DNA from: Octopus bimaculoides
Taxonomy: Eukaryota
DNA length: 64,000 bases
Direction of reading: 5' to 3'
Assembly (NCBI RefSeq): GCF_001194135.2
Contig: NC_068982.1
Location: 28,564,641-28,628,640 of the forward strand
The translations under genes were made by a program, and so were the position numbers. How positions within the stretch are numbered: position 1 is the stretch's first letter; every line of letters begins with the position of its first letter. The notes beneath the pieces were generated by a model. The model did not search any database. It was given only the letters and a program-made list of their open reading frames with translations, and had not been told where the DNA came from. This document shows positions 25,226-37,533 of the stretch, piece after piece.

Positions 25226-26847
25226 AGGTGTGGCTGTGTGTTCATAAGACGCAGGTGTACAGGTTGTAATGACAATGGAGCAAAATATTATTATTACATA
25301 ACAAAGGAAAACAAAACATTAATTCAATAATTTTATCATTTACGCACACGTCAATAATGCCTTAGAGACGGCTGATGTACACTGTTTTGTATAATAGGTC
25401 TCTCTAAGGTATTACTGAAATGCTGAAAATGTGTGTGAGGAACAAAGTAATTAAATTAATCTGCGTTGTTTACCTTTGTTATTTAATCATTCTATCTATC
25501 TATCTATCTATGTGTGTGTGTGTGTGTATATATACACATATATAGATATCTGTGTGTGTGCGAGTGTTCGTGTATACAGTCATGTTTGTGGTTGTCTATA
25601 TGCATCTTCATATATATATATATATATATANNNNNNNNNNNNNNNNNNNNNNNNNNNNNNNNNNNNNNNNNNNNNNNNNNNNNNNNNNNNNNNNNNNNNN
25701 NNNNNNNNNNNNNNNNNNNNNNNNNNNNNNNNNNNNNNNNNNNNNNNNNNNNNNNNNNNNNNNNNNNNNNNNNNNNNNNNNNNNNNNNNNNNNNNNNNNN
25801 NNNNNNNNNNNNNNNNNNNNNNNNNNNNNNNNNNNNNNNNNNNNNNNNNNNNNNNNNNNNNNNNNNNNNNNNNNNNNNNNNNNNNNNNNNNNNNNNNNNN
25901 NNNNNNNNNNNNNNNNNNNNNNNNNNNNNNNNNNNNNNNNNNNNNNNNNNNNNNNNNNNNNNNNNNNNNNNNNNNNNNNNNNNNNNNNNNNNNNNNNNNN
26001 NNNNNNNNNNNNNNNNNNNNNNNNNNNNNNNNNNNNNNNNNNNNNNNNNNNNNNNNNNNNNNNNNNNNNNNNNNNNNNNNNNNNNNNNNNNNNNNNNNNN
26101 NNNNNNNNNNNNNNNNNNNNNNNNNNNNNNNNNNNNNNNNNNNNNNNNNNNNNNNNNNNNNNNNNNNNNNNNNNNNNNNNNNNNNNNNNNNNNNNNNNNN
26201 NNNNNNNNNNNNNNNNNNNNNNNNNNNNNNNNNNNNNNNNNNNNNNNNNNNNNNNNNNNNTCTTATTGATTAGTTAAATGGTGTCTTATCTACAATCCAT
26301 AGATTAACCCATTACCTGCCAAATATTTCATTCATAATTTTGGGGTTTGCCAGGTGTCTTAGGAGTTAAAATAATATATAGTATTTAAATTTTCTTCATA
26401 TGTGAATTATTTTAGAAATTATGATACATTTTTCGAAAGGTCCCAAATAGGGATCGCTGAAAAATAAAGCGTATTTACCCTTTTTTATTCAACTGCAATG
26501 ATAAGCATTTTAGTGTTTTTTTAACGATAGTATAAAATGCGAATGTGTATGAAATATTAGCGAATGATATAGATTGGAAATGCAAAAAAAAAAAAAAACA
26601 TTTTAAAAACAGTCAATATTTTTGTAGTTCGAAAATTGCGATTTATGATATAAAATGTCCTCTAGGGCTAAAAATGACAAACTTTTACTACTAAAATTTG
26701 TTAAACACACCTCTGGAAATGCAATGTACACAAGCAATACACATTAAATTCAACGAACAACCAGCAGTGAGACTGTTTTTAGCAGATCCGCAAATGGAGC
26801 TTATAGCAGACAATGGGTTGAGAAAAACGTGCTTCGCCGTCATTTTT

Positions 26848-26891
<44 letters not shown>

Positions 26892-27230
26892 TTTTTTTCA
26901 CTCCGCTTTCCAAGTTGGCATCTGTTTATCTAAAAGCATCGTTTCTAATTCTACCTGCAGTGAAATTACATAAAAAGCTGGGCAGTTTAATACCTCCTCC
27001 AGGTTTAGCCTCACAAACATCTTACAAATATTACTTTACTCTTTCTAGTTCTTATATATGAATAAAATTAAAAAATTATGCTTAATGTAATTTTCCAATA
27101 CAATTTCTTATTGTTGTAGGATGTATCAAAAATTAAGACTGTTTTCTACTTTACGAAATATCTCTCTCACTACATACATAAATATCTATCTATCTATCTA
27201 TTTGTCTGTCTGTCTGTCTGTCTGTCTATC

Positions 27231-27290
<60 letters not shown>

Positions 27291-27862
27291 AATGCGTAGA
27301 TGTATTTTTGCGTAAGTGTCAGTTTGCAAATATATGCATCTATGGCTATGTTTATGTGTGTATGTTGTTGACTGTATATGTAACTAGAGATGTATATGTA
27401 ACTAGAGATGTTTCTTAACAGTGATTAAACTTCGCACACAAATTTCTTTGCTATTAGTTTGTCAGAAAACCTACAATGCAAACCGATGATGCAGCTTTTT
27501 GCTATTTGTGTATGCATCAGTACAATTATTTCCACAGCTATGTGGAAATAATAATCATTCTTCTGCTTAAATTTGAGTAAGGTTTCGTAAATGATACCTC
27601 CATCTGCAGCGCAGTTTAGAATAGTTTGAACCAGTTAACAACGTGAGCGTTTGCGTATAATATTTTGAATGATGCTCAAATAATTACTTCCTATTACGAA
27701 CATACAGCCTCGATTGTGATTTGCAGCCATCTTCTGTTATAACCATATTTTCAAGATGAGTAATATCGAACCAACGATGGATCATCTACACATTCGGTCG
27801 GCTTGCAAGAAAGAGCAGTCAAAGTTTATTTAGTTCATATCTTACCAATGTTGAATGTGATA

Positions 27863-28030
27863 GGCGTAGGAGTGGCTGTGTGGTAAATAGCTTGATTACC
27901 AACCACATGGTTCCGGGTTCAGTCCCACTGAGTGGCACCTTGGGCAAGTGTCTTCTACTATAGCCTCGGGATGACCAACGCTTTGTGAGTGGATTTGGTA
28001 GACGGAAACTGAAAGAAGCCCGTCGTATAT
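27863..28030 (+). mobile_element. SINE family B, 5' half, running into a gap
   Basis: ggcgtaggagtggctgtgtggtaa...ggttccgggttcagtcccactg...gaaagaagcccgtcg. Confidence 0.88.
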
Positions 28031-28197
28031 NNNNNNNNNNNNNNNNNNNNNNNNNNNNNNNNNNNNNNNNNNNNNNNNNNNNNNNNNNNNNNNNNNNNNN
28101 NNNNNNNNNNNNNNNNNNNNNNNNNNNNNNNNNNNNNNNNNNNNNNNNNNNNNNNNNNNNNNNNNNNNNNNNNNNNNNNNNNNNNNNNNNNNNNNNN

Positions 28198-28520
28198 AGG
28201 ACTTATTGTTTGGGTGCCTAGTACTTATTCTATCGGTCTCTTTTGCCGATCCGCTAAGTTACGGGGACCTAAACACACCACTATCGGTTGTCAAGTGATG
28301 TTGGGGGGGGGACAAACACAGACACACAAACATATACACACATATACATACATATATATACATATATACGACAGGCTTCTTTCAGTTTCCGTCTACCAAA
28401 TCCACTCACAAGGCTTTGGTCGGCCCGAGGCTATAGTATAAGACACTTACCCAAGGTGCCACGCAGTGGGACTGAACCCGGAACCATGTGGTTGGTAAGC
28501 AAGCTACTTACCACACAGCC
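28198..28520 (-). mobile_element. SINE family B, inverted relative to the 27863 copy
   Basis: Reverse complement reads ggctgtgtggtaagtagcttgcttaccaaccacatggttccgggttcagtccc... Confidence 0.88.
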
Positions 28521-30954
28521 AAACAACAACAACAACAGTAGGAAATGGACAATATCTCTAAAATCCCGTCAATACATTTTCACATCGATCAAGGAAGTTG
28601 TTATAATATAACCAAGCTATTAAGAGTAAAATTAAAATTGATGTACTCGAGTTCTTGCAAAATAAATAAATGAAAAAAATACGTGAGTAAAAACTTAATG
28701 AATTAAAATTTCCCTTTTAGATGGATATATTACAAAAGAAAAAAAAAAGTAGTGATAATTTTTTTTGTTTGGAACTCTCAAAGAGAAGTGTTAATGTAAA
28801 GAATTATAGAGTTGAATGACAGATCTCTCCAATAATCGTCATGCAATGTTAAACTGCATTTTGTGAAAACAAATTATATGACGCCAAGGTATGACAGTTT
28901 GTAGTCATAACATATCTATCATAAAAATGTACTGTTATATGCAAGAGAGTGAAAAGCATAACCGATACGTTGTTATATTATACTTCCGGAGCAACTGCTA
29001 AAATTCACAAATAGATATATTACAGATATCGCTTTTAATAATCTACCGTGATATATAGGAACCATGTATATGTAGTTTGGAGTCATATCTTTTGCTTTTC
29101 CGACAAGTCTCATAGCCAACAGACTAGCGAGCTGAGTTATATAATATTCTATAGTAAACTCTGCCGTGAGAGGTTAAAAAGTAACTGATATACTTTTCAT
29201 AATATTCATGGACAAATAAACCAAAGGCACACAGTGCAACATGTTCAATTAGATAACCAGTATAATATAAATAGGCTATCAAAGCGACTTCCAGGTTCCA
29301 TAGTTTCATGAAATAATTTCACTGAAACAAATTTCCTTTTATCTTATACATGAAGGATATAAGGTTGTTTCAAAATTTAAAAATAACCAAAAATAGACTG
29401 ATTTTTCAGATAAAATGTGAATATGTTGTTTGGTTATCAGAAGTAAAGTAATAAAAATGATATCACTAAGTCCATATCAACAGCTGATGTAGAACGTTGA
29501 ACACCACGCATTTAGTACATACATGCTCAGGCAGATGTCATTTACATTCTTTTACAGTAAAGAAAACGTGCACCACTGCTGATTAATACTAGCATATAGA
29601 GTTTCTATCGCATTTACAGAAATCTATACAACCGTTTGTAGGTGTGTATATGTTTTATGGATTCAAACTGGCACCATGGGGATAATAGTACATGTGGGGG
29701 TTTGATTAACATAATATTCTAGCAAAATTATTTTAACTAGACAAAAATAAACAAACAAATAAAATTAAAGATTAAATGAGATTTAACACCAGCATTTAGT
29801 TCGTAGATAACTTCAGTGGAATTTATATTGTTGCCAATATTCAGATCAAAAGCACCGTTATGTAAGCATGCAACATTTTTTGCAGTGTTGCAGCTGTTCA
29901 TGCTGTGCATCGGCTACATCAGTCGTATAAGTCTGGGACGGTCATCAAAGATCATGGGAACTGAGCTCCCTTTACTTCGCTAACATTTTTACCGTTTAGT
30001 TAGAGAGGGAAGGACAGATCTCGTGACCCATTAATTTTTCAGAGCCTTCGATATTGGTAAGAGGGAAGGAAGAAGTTATCCTTAAACCGGAGACCTCTCT
30101 CGAATATTTGCCAGACAAATCCGCTAAAAGGCATCAACAGAACAGAAGGTAGTTGAAAACTGGGCCACATGTTATGTTTTCCATCCAATAACTCAGAATG
30201 TAGGGCTAGGAATCAGAATAAACACAAGACATTTCGTCCGACATTCTAACAATTCTACCAGTATACATTCCTGGGTTGCTACATTATTTTATTGACCAGA
30301 AACGATAAAAGGTAGACTTGACTTCGGTGGAAGTCGAACTCAGACTGCAGAGAGCTAGATCAAATACGGCTCTGAGATTCTGCCAATTTCTTGTCATAAA
30401 TATAATTAAAGAAGTTCATTGTATTAAGAAAGAATAGACGAAGTTAACATTATTTCTATTAATATTTACCAAACAACAAAGAAAATTTCAAAGTTCTTTT
30501 CCTTGTCAAATTTTTTACACGCCAGTCGGTGAATGGCTAACATTTCCCAGCTGGCGATAAAACGCAACTACGAAAACATCCTACTTTATAGCGACGTCAC
30601 TCGTGTTTCGGCAACGCTTGTCGGTATAGAATATATAAATAATTTTACCATGTTTACTCCAGAGCACAGACAATGATATGAATAGCATTCACGTAGAAAG
30701 CATTGTTTGGATATCTTTAGCTACTAGCAGTTCGTTTTGACCCTTCATTTCTGCTGTGAATTACACATGATGTTTGGCCTGAGGCAATACTGATCGTGCA
30801 AACCTATGAATAATGCGTTCCAGATGTGAACCTTCTTTCTGGTTATATGTTGGATCAGAATTAATTTTTAAATTTTGGCGAATCGTACGAACGTTTAGAC
30901 GCTCGGTATCCTGTGATATGCCTTATTGCCATATATACAGCCTATTTACAAGTC

Positions 30955-31075
30955 GATGTTGTAGTTTAGTGCCAGGTCAGCTCCGAATGAGCTAACTTAT
31001 GTTCTAAGTTATCCAATCCGTGATAAGCCAATGCTTTTCTAGACCAACGTGTCCCATTTTTAAGTAGTTAAGGAA
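30955..31075 (-). mobile_element. Degenerate 3' fragment of a further SINE-like family (D), related to 54490-54670 (+)
   Basis: gttgtagtttagtgccaggtcagc is the reverse complement of a gctgacc..gg.ctaaa.aac tail, also seen as ggctgacctagggctaaaatcaa at about 54647. Confidence 0.5.
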
Positions 31076-32561
31076 GAAAGTTGCTACAAAGACTGTAACG
31101 AGAATAAATCAAAGCAAAGTAAGAAAATTGCCAACGGCACACGTGTAGTTACATTGCTGAAGTGACCGGAATATATATATGCAGTATAAGTAGAATCAAC
31201 AAAATATTCGCCATCCAATGAGAAATAAGTATCGATTTAATACACATTACGAAAGAGCTACAAATAATTTCATGCTTTTACGATAATTTAAATAGGGAGA
31301 TTTATAAAACACGCCATGTATCTTCAAGAAACGTTTCAGACTCAGTGTATACACTAGATATATTTTAAAAACCAAGCAGCTGGACAGTGAGAAAATAAGA
31401 AAACAAAAACGAGAAGAAAAAGACGAAGGTTGGTGCAAAAAAAAAAAAAAAAAAAAATGAAACGAGAAGACAGAAAGGAGAGTAAGAAAACCAAGATCCC
31501 CGTTATCCCTGATTGCAGAAACCACAATTATAGCAAGCTAGTGTAGAACAATATAATAAAATATATCAAAGTTTGCGAGACAGCAACTGAATCCGGAGCG
31601 GGTGGTGTCCTCCAGTTTGACAAAAGAAGATTGTGAAATTGTTTGCACATGCTAAAAATGCTTAGCTCTGGAATTAAGTAGTGTGGTGAAATTCTTGAAT
31701 CTAAGAAGAATATGAAATATTTCTGCTATGTTGTTGCATTTCTAAGATCCATTAACATATGACTTGGATTTCTCTACTTGAAATGGAGAATACAGCAGAA
31801 ATCCACGACATGTTTTAGTTGACAACATAAGTGTTAAATTTTTCTTTTCTTCTATCAAGTTAGTCTTGAATAATAAAAGGTATTAAATCATCTCTCATCA
31901 ACGTATCTATAACTTCCTAAATACATCTTCTGGATAAACTGATATAAGCGTGTGTTGTAGCGTTTATATATTCGGCAAGGTATGTGAGATTGGTGCATAC
32001 ATTAACCACCGGAAGTCGAATATTTTGACTGTTAAAACTATGTTCCCATACAGAACGTTTATCATGAATTAGGTTGTGTCGTAAGTATGGCTTCTATTAT
32101 AAATCGTTTATTTTTCAAGTGTGATTTTATATACTATAGACGTGTTGACCAGTAAAGGTTGTCCAGTTCGTTCTCCACAGAAAAGGCGCGAATTAAGGAT
32201 AAATATATTGCTAACAAAGTACAATGCTAAAATAGACATACAGATATACTGTTAATACAAATATAAATAAACATCAGACTGGTGCTATCTGAATTAACCA
32301 TTTTAAAAAATCAAATTTTGGCGGAAATGTCTACACCGAGCAAATACAATTCCTCAGTGTATTCCTGTATATGTGTGTGTGTAAATGTGTGGCACGTTCA
32401 ATTTAGGTGTATATATATATATATATATATTAAATTCAAATTACGATAAACGTAAACAAACAAACGAATTTTCCTTTTAGAACCGTTGAGATGTCTTCGA
32501 AAGTTGAAGCAGTGATTTTTAAATTTTCAAACGCAGGATAATGCTAATAATATAGCCTGAA

Positions 32562-32630
32562 CAGGATAAGCTACCGCTAATTTGCAGACCGCCAACACTT
32601 TTTTCTGCAAAGTAGGGGTAGCTTATCCTG
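32562..32630. other. Compact 69-nt hairpin ending at a gap
   Basis: caggataagctacc / ggtagcttatcctg form 14 perfect bp, with inner tttgcaga / tctgcaaa (8 bp) and a 15-nt loop. Confidence 0.8.
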
Positions 32631-32640
32631 NNNNNNNNNN

Positions 32641-32756
32641 AATATCTAAAAATAGTTATGTAACAAGAAATGATTCAATGATCTGCTATATATATATATA
32701 TATATATATAGCAGATCATTGAATCATTTCTTGTTACATTACTATTTTTAGATATT
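32641..32756. repeat. Fold-back with 46-bp arms around a (TA)12 centre
   Basis: 32641-32686 versus the reverse complement of 32711-32756 shows one mismatch. Confidence 0.92.
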
Positions 32757-35154
32757 TCTAACGTCAACGATAATTTTCATGTTTTTGAAAACCTGAAATA
32801 GAGATTTTAATGCTCTGATTTCCAGCATCAAAGATATGTTATGAATAATTAAGTTCATCATGCCTATAGATAGATTTTCCTTCGGTGCAGCGCTACAATT
32901 TCTTTAAAACCTTCACCGTCACTATGAGTCATATTTTGATTAGAAAACAATTCTTCAGTGTTATGAATGTCTGTATTGGTAAGCTTTAGAACAGCTTGAT
33001 ATGAGTGGTTATCAGTCGTAGTTTGTAAGTAAGAAATGAAGCCTACGCAAACAAAGATAAAATAGTTATTGAAAGATATATGGATATATGCGTATGTGTG
33101 TAGGTATATGTATTTGCACATGCACAGAGAGAAACACATACACACACACACTCAAACATACACACACACACTCATACATACACACACACACACACACACG
33201 CACACATGTATATATGCATGCGCGCGCGTATGTATATGTGTATCTGTGTGTGTACATGGTGTTCAAAAACATTTATATTCGTACAGAATGATGATAAAGT
33301 CAGTGTTTATTAAATTACATTTCGTTTTCAAAATTTGATAGAATCTACAGGCAGAATTTAGTTATATCATACATAAACGTCTGTTTTCAAACTGATGACC
33401 GTTCTGGTAAAAGAACAAACGAATATTATGCCCTCATCAGCTGTTTCGCTAACGATATACAGTTTCAAGGTCTTCAGATGGAACTACTCTAGTAGCATCA
33501 ACAAATCACAAGGTATAATTTGTCAATTTATTAAACAATAAAACATAAATCTTTGATATCCCTTCTTTTCTTTCTTCTTTCCTCATCTTTCTCACTTCTA
33601 TTTTACAAGGCACTTGCCCAAGATTCCGGGCACCAATGTCGAATCTAAAACTTCATGATTGCAAAGGAAACTTGTTAACTATGCAACCCTGCCTCTCCTG
33701 ACTGGATAGAGCAGTAAACAACCAGAAATGTGATCGGTATTTTACATCTTGCTCCTCTCACGAAGTTGTGTTCTCGATCAGCCCATTTAATGGAAAACCC
33801 CATCGTTACAAATTTAGAGCTTGATTCGTTAGTTACATTGTCAAATTCAAATTCTTTCTGCGAGGATAAAAACCTACCTGGTATACCTGAGCCGTACTTA
33901 GGTATACCAGATAGGTGATTTGTCTCACGTCGACCTAACGTTAGGAACACTGAAGATAAGAATAAGACCATGAGGATCATGAGGATAACACAAAATTCAT
34001 CTCTATTTAAAATGAAATGGGAATTTATTTCTTTCTGTTAGCTTCGATAAATATGAAGAAATGCATTTCTTAGTCGAACATAACTTCATACTCAAATTAT
34101 AAAGTACACTTTATCGCTTGATACTGATTTGTCACACATTAAATTTTCTGTAGGATATCTCATCCAAACTGGCAATCAACACTTCAGTATTAATAACGAG
34201 GAACAGATACGGTAAAAATGTCAGCATGTAAGATAAGAGTTTCTTTATCCGAAATGACACATGTCCAATTCTATGAATCCAAAATTTATTCTACACTGTT
34301 CACTGACGCCGATTCTTATTATCGACTTTACATTGCTGTCTGGTTGTGATTAGCCTGCTATAAATTTACACATTGCACAACACAGCTAATTCAGATGTAA
34401 ATTCTTAGAAATATTCAGTGAACTTACGCCATTATTAAGATACTTAGTCTATTTTCCTTCCTTAATTTATTGTTATATTTTCTTTTCTTCGTAAGCAAAA
34501 ATGGAATTTACTTCTCAAAATGCAAATTCCACATTAGATTATTGTTTACACATCTGTGGAAGTGCTGCTGCTACGTTTAAACAAACTATACTGTATCCAA
34601 AAGAAGGTAATTCGGCTCATTCACCAATTCTTGCTCACCAATATTCTACAATTATTGAACTATAAAATGCGTTGCCATATTCACTCAAGCTACCATCATG
34701 TATGCTAAACCTTCCTACATCATCCGATGTAAAGATACGTAATTTGCTTTATCTTTCAAATCCTTCACTAAACTCTTTTTTCAATCAGTCTTTAACATTG
34801 TTACAACCGTCTTGAATTCCAACGCTTCTAATGCTTCCGTTCATATATACGTCTAACTTAAGCAATCAAATATGTTTCTCTCAGCAATCTTGGAAAGCAT
34901 GTTTCATGAGCGCTATTCCTCCTTTGTTTAGACAATGACAAAAAGGAATTTATAACGTGTGATTTATCTTGGTTTCTATTACTGCATTTTAACAATGTGA
35001 TGGGATATAAATTCACGATGCAAACGCCTTGTATACACAACCATTAACACACGCACATCAAAAGTATGTTCATACACACATACACGCGCACACACACAAT
35101 CAGTATTCACACACAAATTCACACACAGATACACACATACACAGAAATATAAAT

Positions 35155-35187
<33 letters not shown>

Positions 35188-35779
35188 ATAATACATATGT
35201 ACAAACATACACACGCTTACACACGTGCACATACGTAGATACATATATACATGTTATTTTTAATTCTGCGCTTCAAACAACATACTATGAAAACCTATTG
35301 TTTTCAGTTTTAGTGTAAGAATCACTGACATCAAGCTGTCAGCTGTTATATGAAATATCAGGTGCAAACGGTGAAGATCTTGTGTAACAATTCCAACAGT
35401 AAATAACACAACATTCAAACAATGGACTAAACTATTGAATAACTGAGTTCTTAACCAACGTGTTACGTTAAACTTTGAGTAACGAGAGAAATATTCATGA
35501 GTGAGATAAACCATTATACAATTCTGACATTTCACAAACAATCTGTTGAAGAAAGAATGGTATTATTTATAAAATACATCACCAGCAACAGAGTAACTGT
35601 AATAGTAGTAGCAGTAGCACAGACCCAAGGCTAGATATTAAACCTAGACCAGTATTTGATTGGCACTTTCTTTCAATATCAGATTCGAACTCAGAGCGCA
35701 AAGAGGTCACAAGCAAATAGAGCAAAGCAGCTTGTCAGCTGCTCTAACGATTTTGTCAGTCCATCGTACCACCAACACC

Positions 35780-35787
35780 ACCATCAT

Positions 35788-35872
<85 letters not shown>

Positions 35873-35876
35873 ACTG

Positions 35877-35946
<70 letters not shown>

Positions 35947-35968
35947 CACTACTACTACTACTACTACT
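35780..35968. repeat. Compound (TAC)n(TGC)n(TAC)n microsatellite
   Basis: Seen directly; it explains the poly-T/A, poly-Y/C and poly-V ORFs. Confidence 0.95.
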
Positions 35969-36074
35969 GGTTTACATGCTGAAATTTTTACATTATCTTC
36001 TGTTCGTCGTTACTATTACTGACATGTTGATTGCCATTTTGGATGAGATATCCTACAGAAAATTTAGACAATTA

Positions 36075-36700
36075 TAGGAGTGGTGTTAAATCGATTACAT
36101 TGACCTCAGTGTTCAGCAGGCACTGTTTTTATTGATCTCGGAACGATGAAAGCAAGATCATCTTCAGCGGAATATAAACAGAGAATGTAAAAACAGATGA
36201 AACGCCGCCAAGCATTTTGCTTGGTGTGTACTAACGATTTTGCCAGCCTACAGCCTAAATAATAATCCTTTCTACTAGAAGCACAATGTCTGAAATTTGG
36301 AGGGAGGGGGCTAGTCTATTAGATCAATCCCAGTGTTAGACTGGTACTTAATTTATCGACCCCGAACGGATGGAAGTCAAATTCGACTATGCATTTTGTC
36401 CGGCGTGTAACGATTCTGCCAGCTCGCAGACATAATAATAATGATAATAGTAAAAATAATAATAAATTCACCTTTGGAAACATGAGCGCTTTGTTCAACA
36501 TCCTTAAACAACCCTTATTCTGGGACCATTTCAGCGGGATGGGCTACTCAACCCGAAGAGACTTCTAACAGGGCCCCACCTGCAAGGTCATGAGCTGTTT
36601 ATCTGGGTATGAGATCACTATGTCGCGCACATATGGTTATGATGCATGGACTTCGTATATTTTACCCCAGCGTCACTTTGATGGCATGCACTGATCTCTC

Positions 36701-36763
<63 letters not shown>

Positions 36764-36911
36764 TATAATGATGATGTAGGCAAAACGCCAGAAATTTTGG
36801 AGAGAGGGATAATCGATTACATCGACCCCAGTTTTTCACTGGTGCTTAATTTATCGACCAGGTAGCGGCAGATGAAATACTGCTAATAATTTCGCCAGCT
36901 TGCCGCCTTAG

Positions 36912-36992
<81 letters not shown>

Positions 36993-37533
36993 CCTTTCTA
37001 CTTTAGGCACAAGGCCTGAAATTTTGGGGGAAGGAGCCAGTCGATTAGATCAACCCCAGTACTTAACTGGTACTTAATTTATCAACCCAGAAAGGATGAA
37101 AGGCATAGTCGACTTCGCTGGATTTTGAATTCAGAACGTGAAGAGCCGGAAGAAATGGTGCTAAGCATTTTGTCTGACGCGATAACGATTCTGCTAAGTG
37201 CAAAATTATTTCTTTCTTTGATACAAAACTAAAAATTGTGGGGGACAGATTTATCATGTATTTAATTGACTCATGTATTAAGCTTGTATCTTCTTTGATC
37301 AATCTTAGCAATATTTTAAAGGCGGCGAGCTGGCAGAAACGTTAACACGCCGGATGAAATGCTTAGCGGTATTTCATCTGTCTTTACGTTCTGAGTTCAA
37401 ATTCCGCAGAGGTAGAGTTTGCTTTTCCTTCTTTCGGGGTCGATAAATTAAGTACCAGTTGCGTACTGGGGTCGATCTACTCAACTGGTCCCCTCCCCAA
37501 AAATGTTGGGCCTTGTGCCTAAAGTAGAAAAGG
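36075..37533. mobile_element. SINE family A cluster: 36075-36256(-), 36267-36430(-), 36778-36908(-), 36992-37197(-), 37321-37533(+), interleaved with (AAT)n arrays
   Basis: Each copy carries parts of the family A consensus (e.g. ttaatttatcgaccc, gaaaggatgaaaggc, ggcggcgagctggcag). Confidence 0.85.
36468..36700. repeat. Higher-GC unique insert of about 230 bp, bounded on both sides by (AAT)n; probably a retroelement UTR fragment
   Basis: Sharp compositional boundaries at the AAT arrays (about 36432-36465 and 36701-36770); no ORF. Confidence 0.5.

Noticed and set aside
26305-26670. piggyBac-like MITE (TTAA-CCC start)
   Set aside because: The right end matches only tta.ccc, so there is no convincing TIR.
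33385-33455. ctgatga (+) and ctgatgag (-) as further hammerheads; also the matches at about 191, 9561, 15640 and 55685
   Set aside because: No stem II followed by GAAA and a UH site with closing stem I.
35656-36022. Poly-amino-acid ORFs here, and the many HT/YI/CV/RE and X-containing ORFs across the track
   Set aside because: They are translations of microsatellites and N-gaps.
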